DNA from: an uncultured Clostridia bacterium
GTDB lineage: Bacteria; Bacillota; Clostridia; Christensenellales; UBA1242
Length of the DNA stretch: 64,000 nt
Reading direction: 5' to 3'
Assembly (NCBI GenBank): GCA_947632645.1
Contig: CANRQB010000002.1
Location: 16,489 to 80,488, forward strand
Made by a program: the position numbers and the translations under genes
Shown: positions 18,825 through 27,900 of the stretch, piece after piece
Numbering within the stretch: position 1 is the stretch's first letter
Layout: the number at the start of each line of letters is the position of its first letter
The notes under the pieces: generated by a model
The model's database searches: none
What the model was told of the DNA's origin: nothing
What the model saw: only the letters and a program-made list of their open reading frames with translations

Positions 18825-21800
18825 ATGTTTGAATTAAACAATTTTGACTCTATCCGTGTTGGTATTGCCTCACCTGAGATGATCCGCAGTTGGTCGCGCG
18901 GTGAGGTTACCAAACCAGAAACTATCAATTATCGCACACAAAAACCAGAAAAAGATGGTTTGTTTTGCGAGCGCATTTTTGGGCCAAAAAAGGACTGGGA
19001 GTGCCATTGCGGTAAGTATAAAAGAGTGCGTTATAAAGGTGTTGTTTGCGATAAGTGTGGGGTAGAAGTAACCCGCAGCAAAGTAAGGCGCGAGCGCATG
19101 GGGCATATCGAACTTGCTTGCCCAGTAAGCCATATTTGGTTCTTTAAGGGCGTGCCAAGCAGAATGGGCTTTATTTTGGATATGAGCCCAAAACAACTAG
19201 ACGAAGTGCTTTACTATGTAAGCTATGTTGTGCTAGACCCTAAAAACACCGAATTTACCTATAAACAAGTTATTCGTGACCGTGAATATCGCGATGCAGT
19301 GGAAAAATATGGCCCAGATGGCTTCCGTGCTGGCATGGGTGCCGAGGCAATAAAAGAGCTTTTAAACGACATCGATTTGGAAAAGGAACGCGAAGAACTT
19401 ACCAAAATTATGCACACAGCGAAGGGCCAACGCAAACTTAAAGCAACCAAAAAATTGGATGTTATCGAGGCGTTTATAAAATCGGGCAACAAACCAAGTT
19501 GGATGATACTGGATGTTATCCCAGTTATCCCACCAGATTTGCGCCCACTAGTTCAAATTGATGGTGGCAAATTTGCCGCATCCGATTTAAACGATTTGTA
19601 TCGCCGTGTTATTAACCGTAACAATCGTCTTAAAAAACTTATGGAACTTGGCGCACCAGAAATTATTGTGCGTAACGAAAAACGTATGTTACAAGAGGCA
19701 GTTGATGCGCTGTTCGATAACGGTAAACGTGGCAGAGCAGTTCAAGGCAGCCGCCAACGCGATTTAAAATCATTAACCGCATCTCTTAAAGGTAAACACG
19801 GGCGTTTCCGTCAAAACCTGCTTGGTAAACGTGTGGACTATTCCGGCCGTAGCGTTATCGTGGTTGGGCCAGAACTTAAAGTTTATCAATGCGGCCTGCC
19901 AAAGATGATGGCGCTAGAACTATTCAGACCATTTATAATTAAACGTTTGTTGGAACTTAATGCAACCAACAACCTTAAAAAAGCAACCCGCATGATAGAC
20001 CAAGAACGTCCTATCGTGTACGACATATTGTCCGAAGTGGTAGAAGGGCACCCAGTGCTACTTAACCGTGCACCTACACTGCACAAACTATCAGTGCAAG
20101 CATTCGAGCCAATCCTAGTTGAAGGAAAGGCAATCCGTTTGCCACCTTTGGCGTGCGGTGGCTTTAATGCTGACTTCGATGGTGACCAAATGAGTATGCA
20201 CGTGCCACTTTCTGTAGAAGCGCGCACCGAAGCAAGGATGCTTATGCTTGCCTCTAACAACGTGCTTAAGCCAAGCGACGGCAAACCAAATATGGTGCCA
20301 AGTTTGGATATGATTTTGGGTAACTACTATCTAACCATGATTCGCCCGGGCGCTAAGGGTGAAAATATGACCTTCGCCAGTGTGGATGAGGCTCAACTTG
20401 CCTACGAAAATGGCGATTTAAGCCTGCAAGCCCAAATCAATTTAAGGCGTTCAGCCGAATTTGAAGGGCAAACCGTAACTGGCAGAATTAAAACCACTTT
20501 GGGTAGAATTATATTCAACAGCATCATCCCGCAAGACCTTGGCTTTGTGGATAGAACTAAAAAAGAAAACGTGCTTAATTTTGAAATAGATAAACCTATT
20601 GCAAAAGGTGACTATTCTGGCCTTATTGAAACTTGCTATCGTTTGCATGGCACAAACACAACTGTAACCATGATAGACGACATTAAGAACATGGGCTACA
20701 AATACAGCACCTTGGCGAGTGTATCGCTTTCTATCTTCGATTTAACCGAGGTTAAAGAACGCGAAACCTACCTTAAAGAAGCAGAAGGCAAGGTAGCCGA
20801 AAACAACGATTTGTATAACGAAGGTTTGATGGACTACGATACAAAACGCTCCAAAAACCTAGAAATTTGGCGTGAAGCAGTGGATAAAGTTATTAAAGCC
20901 ACATCCAGCCAAATGGATCCATTCAATTCACTTAAAATTATGATAACCTCTAAAGCGCGTGGTTCGGACGACCTATTAAAACAGCTTAGCGGTATTATGG
21001 GCAATATGGACTCGGCAAGTGGTGGCATGAGTGAAGTGCCAGTTAAAAACAACTTTAGGCGTGGCTTAACCGCGCTAGAATACTACAGCGCAGCGCGTGG
21101 TGCGCGTAAACAACTTATGGATACCGCACTTAAAACTGCCGATTCGGGCTATCTAACCCGTAGGTTGGTGGATATTGCGCAAGATACCACTGTAACCGAA
21201 GAAGATTGCTTTGCAAACCTTGGTGAATCTGTTAAGGGTATAGAAGTAACCGAAATTACACAAAACGGCTCGGTTATAGAAACATTGTTTGATAGAATTG
21301 TTGGTAGATTTACTAGCCAAGCCATCATCAACCCTAAAACCAAGCAAGAAATTTGCCCGGCAGATTGCTATCTAACCAACGATTTGGCAAAACAAATTGT
21401 GGATGCAGGCATAACTCGTGTGCCAATCCGCAGCATTCTAACATGTAAGGCTAAATCGGGTGTTTGCTGCAAGTGCTATGGGCGCGATATGTCCACTAAC
21501 GACATAGTGCACGTGGGCGAGGCAGTTGGTGTTATCGCCGCACAATCCATTGGTGAGCCAGGTACACAGCTTGTGCTTCGTACCTTCCACAGCGGTGGTG
21601 CAGCAGCAGAAGACATCACCTCAGGTTTGCCTAGGGTAGAAGAAATTTTTGAAGCCCGCAATCCTAAAGGTGCAGCCGTTATCTGCGATGTTGGCGGTAA
21701 GGTTAGCATCAACCAGATAGATAAGCGCTTTGAAGTGGTTATTAAAGGCAACGGTGGGGAAGAAAGTTACATTTTGCCATTTGGCTCTACCATCAAGGTT

Positions 21801-22388
21801 AAAAATGGCGATGTTGTAACCCCAGGTACTCCACTAACTGAAGGCCCATTAAATCCACGCGATGTATTGCGCACTCAGGGTGTTAAAGCGGTGCAAGAAT
21901 ATTTGCTTAACGAAGTGCTAGAGGTGTATAAATCTCAATCCGTTTCTATCAACGCAAAACACCTAGAAATTATTATTAGACAGATGTTAAGAAAGGTTAA
22001 GATCGAAAATGCCGGCGACACCGACTTGCTACCAGGCGATACAGTAGACAACCGCGTGTTTGAAGAAGCCAACCAAAAAGCACTTGCCGAAGGTGGCATG
22101 CCAGCAACCGCAAAACGCGAATTGCAAGGTATAACCAAGGCTTCGCTAACTACCGAAAGCTTCTTGTCTGCCGCATCCTTCCAAGAGAGCAGCAACGTGT
22201 TAACCGAAGCAGCGCTTAAAGGTAAGGTAGACCACCTAGTTGGCCTTAAAGAAAATATAATAATTGGTAAGATGATCCCAGCCGGCACAGGCGCGCCAGC
22301 ATACAGGAACATCATTCCAAAACAAACCAAAGACGATATTGCCGCAAATCAAAATGTGGACATTATGTTTGAAGATATAGACGACTAG
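18825..22388 (+). CDS. rpoC: DNA-directed RNA polymerase beta-prime subunit
   Basis: 1187 aa with a Zn-binding [23 protein letters not shown] and the catalytic NADFDGDQM. Confidence 0.98.
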   Translation: MFELNNFDSIRVGIASPEMIRSWSRGEVTKPETINYRTQKPEKDGLFCERIFGPKKDWECHCGKYKRVRYKGVVCDKCGVEVTRSKVRRERMGHIELACPVSHIWFFKGVPSRMGFILDMSPKQLDEVLYYVSYVVLDPKNTEFTYKQVIRDREYRDAVEKYGPDGFRAGMGAEAIKELLNDIDLEKEREELTKIMHTAKGQRKLKATKKLDVIEAFIKSGNKPSWMILDVIPVIPPDLRPLVQIDGGKFAASDLNDLYRRVINRNNRLKKLMELGAPEIIVRNEKRMLQEAVDALFDNGKRGRAVQGSRQRDLKSLTASLKGKHGRFRQNLLGKRVDYSGRSVIVVGPELKVYQCGLPKMMALELFRPFIIKRLLELNATNNLKKATRMIDQERPIVYDILSEVVEGHPVLLNRAPTLHKLSVQAFEPILVEGKAIRLPPLACGGFNADFDGDQMSMHVPLSVEARTEARMLMLASNNVLKPSDGKPNMVPSLDMILGNYYLTMIRPGAKGENMTFASVDEAQLAYENGDLSLQAQINLRRSAEFEGQTVTGRIKTTLGRIIFNSIIPQDLGFVDRTKKENVLNFEIDKPIAKGDYSGLIETCYRLHGTNTTVTMIDDIKNMGYKYSTLASVSLSIFDLTEVKERETYLKEAEGKVAENNDLYNEGLMDYDTKRSKNLEIWREAVDKVIKATSSQMDPFNSLKIMITSKARGSDDLLKQLSGIMGNMDSASGGMSEVPVKNNFRRGLTALEYYSAARGARKQLMDTALKTADSGYLTRRLVDIAQDTTVTEEDCFANLGESVKGIEVTEITQNGSVIETLFDRIVGRFTSQAIINPKTKQEICPADCYLTNDLAKQIVDAGITRVPIRSILTCKAKSGVCCKCYGRDMSTNDIVHVGEAVGVIAAQSIGEPGTQLVLRTFHSGGAAAEDITSGLPRVEEIFEARNPKGAAVICDVGGKVSINQIDKRFEVVIKGNGGEESYILPFGSTIKVKNGDVVTPGTPLTEGPLNPRDVLRTQGVKAVQEYLLNEVLEVYKSQSVSINAKHLEIIIRQMLRKVKIENAGDTDLLPGDTVDNRVFEEANQKALAEGGMPATAKRELQGITKASLTTESFLSAASFQESSNVLTEAALKGKVDHLVGLKENIIIGKMIPAGTGAPAYRNIIPKQTKDDIAANQNVDIMFEDIDD

Positions 22389-22412
22389 GCGGGCGATTTG
22401 CCCTCTATTATT

Positions 22413-22443
22413 GGATGCACAAGTGTGTGCATCCTTCTTTTTT
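22413..22443 (+). terminator. rpoC intrinsic terminator (nested inside a longer outer stem 22388-22457)
   Basis: GGATGCACA-agtg-TGTGCATCC followed by TTCTTTTTT. Outer arms GGCGGGCGATTTGCC / GGCAATCGCCCGC. Confidence 0.8.
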
Positions 22444-22459
22444 AGGCAATCGCCCGCTA

Positions 22460-22526
22460 CTATGAAGGAACACCGACTGGTTTTCCTTCATGGCTTCTTT
22501 TCCTGAATTATGCTTTCCTTCGCTAG
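22460..22526 (+). repeat. Copy 1 of a ~66-bp direct repeat containing the hairpin ATGAAGGAA...TTCCTTCAT
   Basis: By hand alignment, about 58 of 66 positions are identical to 24578-24643. Confidence 0.8.
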
Positions 22527-22599
22527 GGAACTGCAGCGGGGAAAATCTTTAAATCATGCTATCCTACGCATGGGCACTCCGAAGTTTTTTCTTTTTTGG

Positions 22600-22702
22600 G
22601 CGGTTGCTCGCTTTTTATGAAGGGGGACCTGCTTCCCCCTTCATGACTTCCCCTTTGGGGCCCCCACAAAAAGCAGTTTTTTGTGGGGAGAGGAGCAGCC
22701 GC
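22600..22702 (+). other. Candidate structured RNA/DNA element (three-way junction)
   Basis: Closing stem GCGGTTGCTC (22600-22609) / GAGCAGCCGC (22693-22702), with one G-T pair that works only on the plus strand. It encloses two 11-bp hairpins at 22617-22644 and 22662-22688. Confidence 0.3.
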
Positions 22703-23221
22703 TAAAATGTTTACAATTAATTTGCTTGCCAAATTAATTTAATATAAATTGCGTGCTGCGACGAAGTTTCCCTTAATAAATCCTTTCCTTCGTCACAAAC
22801 TGCACATTTGCTAGTTTGCCAATAGAATTGTCAAACGTAAGCCTATGTTTGTTTGTTCCTCTCACACTTCGAAAATTATAAATTTTCTTGTGTGTTTTTA
22901 AGGTGGTCTATCATGGGTAAAGGTTTTAAATTGTGTTTCCTACGCATGGGACTATGAAGTTTGGAATTATGCCACACTTTCGTAGCAATGTTAAATATTG
23001 TTTTAATATTTTAATTTAATTATGGATTTTCTAGATATTTTATTTTTAAATAGAAGCACAATATATTGCTAAAAAAGCAGTGCAAACAACAATATGTTGT
23101 ACTTAAAAATTGTTTTAAAAATGGGTGAAAAATAATTTAAAAAAATTTTAAAAAAATATTAAAAAAACTATTTACAAATCCAAATTTTTGTGCTATTATA
23201 TAAGCGAACTAGGAGGAATGT

Positions 23222-23533
23222 ATGGCAACAATTATAGAAATATTAAATGCAAGAAAGCAATTTGCTAACGAACGTTATAGCTTATTAATTAAAATGACTG
23301 AAAACACTCTGCCTAAAGCAAAAAAGGGTAGTTCAAAAATAGAAATTGAGGCAGGTAGACAAGTTTTTGGAGATAATAGAGATAGAATGAACCTAATTGC
23401 TGAAGGATGCTTAAATTATGCAAAAAATCCACACAAAAAAGTGCCTGCTGCAGCTGGCAAAAAATTAAGCAAAGCGATGCAATCCACTAAGGTAGAAGCC
23501 GAAAAGGTAGAAGAGCAAGGCATCACAGCATAG
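23222..23533 (+). CDS. Hypothetical small basic protein
   Basis: AGGAGG RBS; 103 aa; own terminator at 23541-23563. Confidence 0.6.
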   Translation: MATIIEILNARKQFANERYSLLIKMTENTLPKAKKGSSKIEIEAGRQVFGDNRDRMNLIAEGCLNYAKNPHKKVPAAAGKKLSKAMQSTKVEAEKVEEQGITA

Positions 23534-23540
23534 TTATTTT

Positions 23541-23563
23541 GCGCCCGTATGGGTGCTTTTTTT
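23541..23563 (+). terminator. Intrinsic terminator
   Basis: GCGCCC-gtat-GGGTGC followed by a T-run. Confidence 0.7.
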
Positions 23564-23657
23564 ATTTTATTATTAAATTTTTTTTGATTAATATTTAAAT
23601 TTGTTTTACATTTTTGTTTTTATATGCTAAAATGTTTATAATTTTAAAGGGGAGTTT

Positions 23658-23921
23658 ATGAAAGAGTTAGTTTACACCGCAATTTTGTATCGAGATGAAG
23701 AAACTGGTTATTTCACCATTAAAATACCAGATTTGCAAATTGTCACCGAGGGCGACAGTGTGGTTTCTGCCTACATTAAAGCCAAAGAAATGTTGTGCGC
23801 TATGGTAGATTGCGCCATCAAGTACGATTGTGAGATAGAGTCCCCAAGTCCATTTGAAAAGTATTACGACGATAAAAAGAACAAGAAAAACATCGTGCTT
23901 TTGGTGGACGCATTAGCATAA
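23658..23921 (+). CDS. HicB-like (UPF0150) antitoxin-fold protein without a DNA-binding domain
   Basis: YTAILYRDEETGYFTIKIPDLQIVTEGDSVVSAYIKAKEMLCAMV...ESPSP matches the HicB N-terminal domain pattern. Promoter TTTACA-17-TGcTAAAAT at 23605-23633. Confidence 0.6.
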   Translation: MKELVYTAILYRDEETGYFTIKIPDLQIVTEGDSVVSAYIKAKEMLCAMVDCAIKYDCEIESPSPFEKYYDDKKNKKNIVLLVDALA

Positions 23922-23930
23922 GGTCTGCTT

Positions 23931-24461
23931 ATGAAAGTTAACGCACAAAACTGGCCGATACTAGATTTTTTAATAAACAATTTCTACGAGATTTTGGAGT
24001 ATAAGCGCGGGCGTGGCGTTTATGGGGACAGAGTGGTTTTAAAGCGCCCGAAAAATGCGCGCGCCATTTTTGGAGAGCCAGAAAAACTAGCCGAATTTTA
24101 TTATATGGATGCCAACGCGGTTAAAGAGTTGCCGCGCACAGTGGCAGAAAAAATAGAGATTATAACTCGTTTTGTTTGCTCGCCACAGGATATGAATATC
24201 TTATGCAACTTTGAAAAGAACGGCAGGTTAGAACCTAACGAGTGGGCGCTATCTCTTAAATCGGCATTTAAGCAGGCCAAAACGTTGGATTTTGCTGTGC
24301 TTAACAAAATTTTGCTAGAGCACTACAAATATCTGCCACAAGAATTTTTGGATAAACTTCAACAACACCGCAAAAAACAATACTTTTTGGCATCGAGTAA
24401 GGAATTTAACTTTATCTCATCCGAGTATGCCGAACAACAAGTTAAAATATTGGAAGGTTAA
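23931..24461 (+). CDS. Hypothetical protein, co-transcribed with the HicB-like gene
   Basis: 176-aa ORF starting 9 nt after the HicB-like stop. No recognisable motif. Confidence 0.55.
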   Translation: MKVNAQNWPILDFLINNFYEILEYKRGRGVYGDRVVLKRPKNARAIFGEPEKLAEFYYMDANAVKELPRTVAEKIEIITRFVCSPQDMNILCNFEKNGRLEPNEWALSLKSAFKQAKTLDFAVLNKILLEHYKYLPQEFLDKLQQHRKKQYFLASSKEFNFISSEYAEQQVKILEG

Positions 24462-24477
24462 CCCCTTCTTTTTTTTT

Positions 24478-24823
24478 CTACTCTTTTTTATAAAAGAGTA
24501 GCATAAAAACAGTCGCAGTTTATCCTTTTAATCGTTTCTCAGTAGCAAAACTTCATTTTTGGATGACTGCGCCTTTGCTATGAAGGGACACCAGCTGGTT
24601 TTCCTTCATGGCTTCTTTTCTTGAAATATGTGTTCCTTAGTAGAAATACTATCGTAGGTAAATAATTATTCCTCTATTTTGCTTACTTTTTTAAAGTAAG
24701 CCGTTTGTGGGTTTAAAAGGGGAATCGGAACCCCTTTTTGCTTTTGTTACTTTTCACACTGAAAAGTAAGGATAAATTTCGAAATCCCTCGGTGCTTTTG
24801 TAACTTTTCACACTGAAAAGTTA
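24478..24823. repeat. Cluster of A/T-rich hairpin elements (GTTACTTTT family and relatives)
   Basis: Hairpins at 24478-24501, 24681-24701, 24715-24738, 24747-24769 and 24801-24823. The last two lie in a ~35-bp direct duplication. Confidence 0.75.
24578..24643 (+). repeat. Copy 2 of the ~66-bp direct repeat (hairpin ATGAAGGGA...TTCCTTCAT)
   Basis: Hand-aligned to 22460-22526. Confidence 0.8.
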
Positions 24824-24927
24824 GTGTTTCTATTTTTCGACAAAACTAGTTAAAATTTCTCACAATAAAAATATAAAAATTTATTACACTAATTTTTGAA
24901 TAATTGTAAATTATACCCCCAAATTGT

Positions 24928-24956
24928 TTGACTTTTTTTGGGCATTTTATTACAAT
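24928..24956 (+). promoter_or_regulatory. Sigma-A-type promoter of the 1341-aa surface protein gene
   Basis: TTGACT (24928-24933), 17 bp, TACAAT (24951-24956). This shows the ORF-track TTG start at 24928 is really the -35 box. Confidence 0.6.
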
Positions 24957-24999
24957 ATTTAAGTATAATTGTATTGCAAAAGCAAAATTAAGGAGCATT

Positions 25000-27900
25000 A
25001 TGAAGAGTATACAAAAAAATTTAAAAGCGTTCTTTGTGTTTATTGCATTTTTACTATGCAGTTTTATGTTTGTTTTAACTCCACTTAAAATTGTGCCAGT
25101 TAATGCAGCAGAAATCCCATCCGATCAAGATCCAACACAAACTGAGGACACATCAAAAGAAACGCATAAAACTTTCACATCCATTCACATGCCTAAAAAG
25201 GTGGATTTCAGCAAAAGCGAAACACTTAAAATCCCGCTTTTAACTGAAGCAAACTACACCATCCGTGTGGTAGATAAGGGTGGTTTCACTCATGATTATT
25301 CAATAGCAAGCGGCGAGGGCACTGGCTCTGAAACCTTTTTTGAAATGGTTAAAAAGTCTGGTGATGTTAACGATTATCTAACCATTCGCAGCAAAGCATC
25401 AAACAAATACCGCATATTTTATATAGTAGAAAAAAGCTCCACCTTATATTTTTCCGACGCGTACGAAGTTGAAGTTGTTGGCACCACCTACGGGCTAGAA
25501 ACCAAGCAGGTGACCAAGCAGGGTGAACAATACACCGAAACCAATCTAAACAACCTTTTCCCAACCAAAGAAAAGGTGGGTGCAACCCTAACACTACCAA
25601 AAATGTATGGCTACAGCGAAGTTAACGATAAGCGCACTTACGATAAAGAAGCAACTATATCTGTCACCTATGCCGGCAACCCAGCAAGCGCAGAAATGTA
25701 CGATGCAAAAACTGGCGTTGTTACATTTACCGAAAAGGGTAGATATGTTATAACCTACACATACGAAAACACCAATTCAGCCGAGCGCTACACAAGTGAA
25801 CATGTTATAAATGTAGAAGAAGATTTTGTTGCACCAGATGCAAGCAAAAATCAAATTAAATTGCCAGACAGCATCACTTTGCCAACCAACGTTAAATTGG
25901 GCGATAGCGAGGTTGTACTTCCAAACCCAGCTTTGCAATATAGGTTAGAAAATCTAAACTCTAACGATGCGCAAAAAAATGTGCTAGAAATAGAAATTAG
26001 AAATGTAAACACAGGCGTAAGCAAAAAACTAACAAACAATAACTTTACGTTCAATTTCACACCAGAAGAGTTTGAAGCTGACGATTATCTAGACCTAGAA
26101 GGTGAATACGAAATCACCTATAAAGTACAAGGGTATTACGGCGAAGTAACTGCAACATATGATTGGGGTCGCTTTACAAAAGATAGCGTTAAACCAACCA
26201 TTCAAGCAGTGTATAACTACGAAGCGTTTGATGAAAACGGCGTTTATATAGCAGAAGATAAAATTAAACCTGCACTTGGCGAAATTAAAGCCGAATATGA
26301 CTACACTGCAAGTGGTGGGCTACTATTCCCAGCAGCGTATGTTAACAGCCCAGTTGATAACTACGACGATTTATTAGTTGTGCGCTACTTCCAAAATACC
26401 GAAACTGCTAAACGTTACTATATCGACGGCATTAAGATAGACTCTGCTACAAACACTTATGTTGCAGTAAACGAAAGCGATGGCTTTAACTATATCTATT
26501 CAACTCAGGCAGACGAGGATAAAACTAATGTTCCAATTGTGCCAAATGATGATGCCTCTGAAAAGAAATATTTTGAACAACTATCAAAAAGCGCAATATT
26601 TAAATTTGCTAAAGAAGACACTCTTCCAAACGGCATAGCAAACCAAACCTTCCGCCTGTGCTACGAGGTTAAGGTTAAGTCTAGCCATGTTCAGTATTCA
26701 ACAAATTCTGGTGGCTACAATCGTCAAAATGCCTTGTATCAAGAGGGCACATCAAACGAATACACCTTTAAAATTGTAAGTGGCTCGGAAACTAGCACCG
26801 ATTTGGCAGTTAATGTAATTAAAAATTACTCTACTACTGCATATGTGGGCAACACTATCCGATTTAACGTGAATGCAACCGACAGCAAAGATATGCGCCT
26901 AATTAATGCAATGTACTATTCTGAAACACCTTTCACTTTCTTACAAGACGGTGATAGGCAACAAAAAATAGACCAACTATTAAACAAGGCAAAAGCAGAT
27001 TATACTAATGATTACAAAAGTCAAAATGGTGGCTACACTCAAATAGGGTTGGGCGCAGATAATATAGTTAACTATATGGAAAAGGCACTAAAGGAAGAAC
27101 TCAAACCCCCTTCAATATTTGGTAAACTAACTGCAGTGGAAGGCAGCGACACCCAATTCAATTTAGAAATTCCTTCTGACGCACATGGCAAAAAATTATA
27201 TATACTTGCCATCACCATCAACGATAATGGCAAAGTAGAGATGAATAATTCAGCGGTTATAAATGTTGCAAACACAGCAGAACAAACCGCTCCAACCGTT
27301 GCAAGCGCGTACTTCTATAACGATGCAACAAAAAAACTATACGAAGGTACAGAAAATGCAGTTGCAGGGCAGGGTGAAAAAGTTTACATTCCTACCGTAA
27401 CCTTTAGTGATGAAGATAAATATCTATACACCAGCGTTGCATACTACGTTATTCCAGAAGACACAAATGGCAAAGTTGAAGACACTACCTATCAAAATCA
27501 ATATAGATACCCAGAGGAATATAATCTATCTAACACTGTATCGGGATACATCAAAACCGATAAAGTGGGCACTTACGTGATTGTGTACACAGCAACCGAT
27601 GATGCCGGCAACACAACCGTTGTTCACTATTCGTTTAAAGTGGCTTCCACTGCACAACCTAACATCGTGGTGGATGTGACTGGCGATAATTGTGATGTTG
27701 GTGGCTCTAAAACCGATGGCTATTCGGTTAAAGTGGGCAACACAATAAATGTTAATGTGCATGCTTACGACGGCAACGATAATAATATAGAGTTACCTCA
27801 TGACGATAAATTAAAAATTGAAGTAAAACCAGTTAATGTTCAAGGCAAGGATATCAGGAATGCCGGTACAGACGAAAATTCGTACACTCTTAACAGCGCA

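Noticed and set aside
22462-22506. 14-codon mini-ORF MKEHRLVFLHGFFS (and its twin at 24580-24624) as an alpha/beta-hydrolase gene fragment or leader peptide
   Set aside because: There is no RBS. Similarity between the two copies continues unchanged past the stop codon. The sequence is dominated by a hairpin, so a repeated non-coding element is more parsimonious. The LVFLHGF resemblance may be coincidental.
22650-22702. SRP (4.5S/scRNA)-like words GGGGCCCCCAC and GGAGCAGCC
   Set aside because: Only short word matches. The conserved domain IV GNAR-loop helix (GGUCCGGAAGGAAGCAGCC context) and the overall helix 5/8 architecture cannot be built from this sequence.
24928-24999. ORF-track N-terminal extension of the 1364-aa ORF
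   Set aside because: The TTG start coincides with the -35 box of a TTGACT-17-TACAAT promoter. A strong AAGGAG precedes the ATG at 25000, which begins a proper signal peptide.
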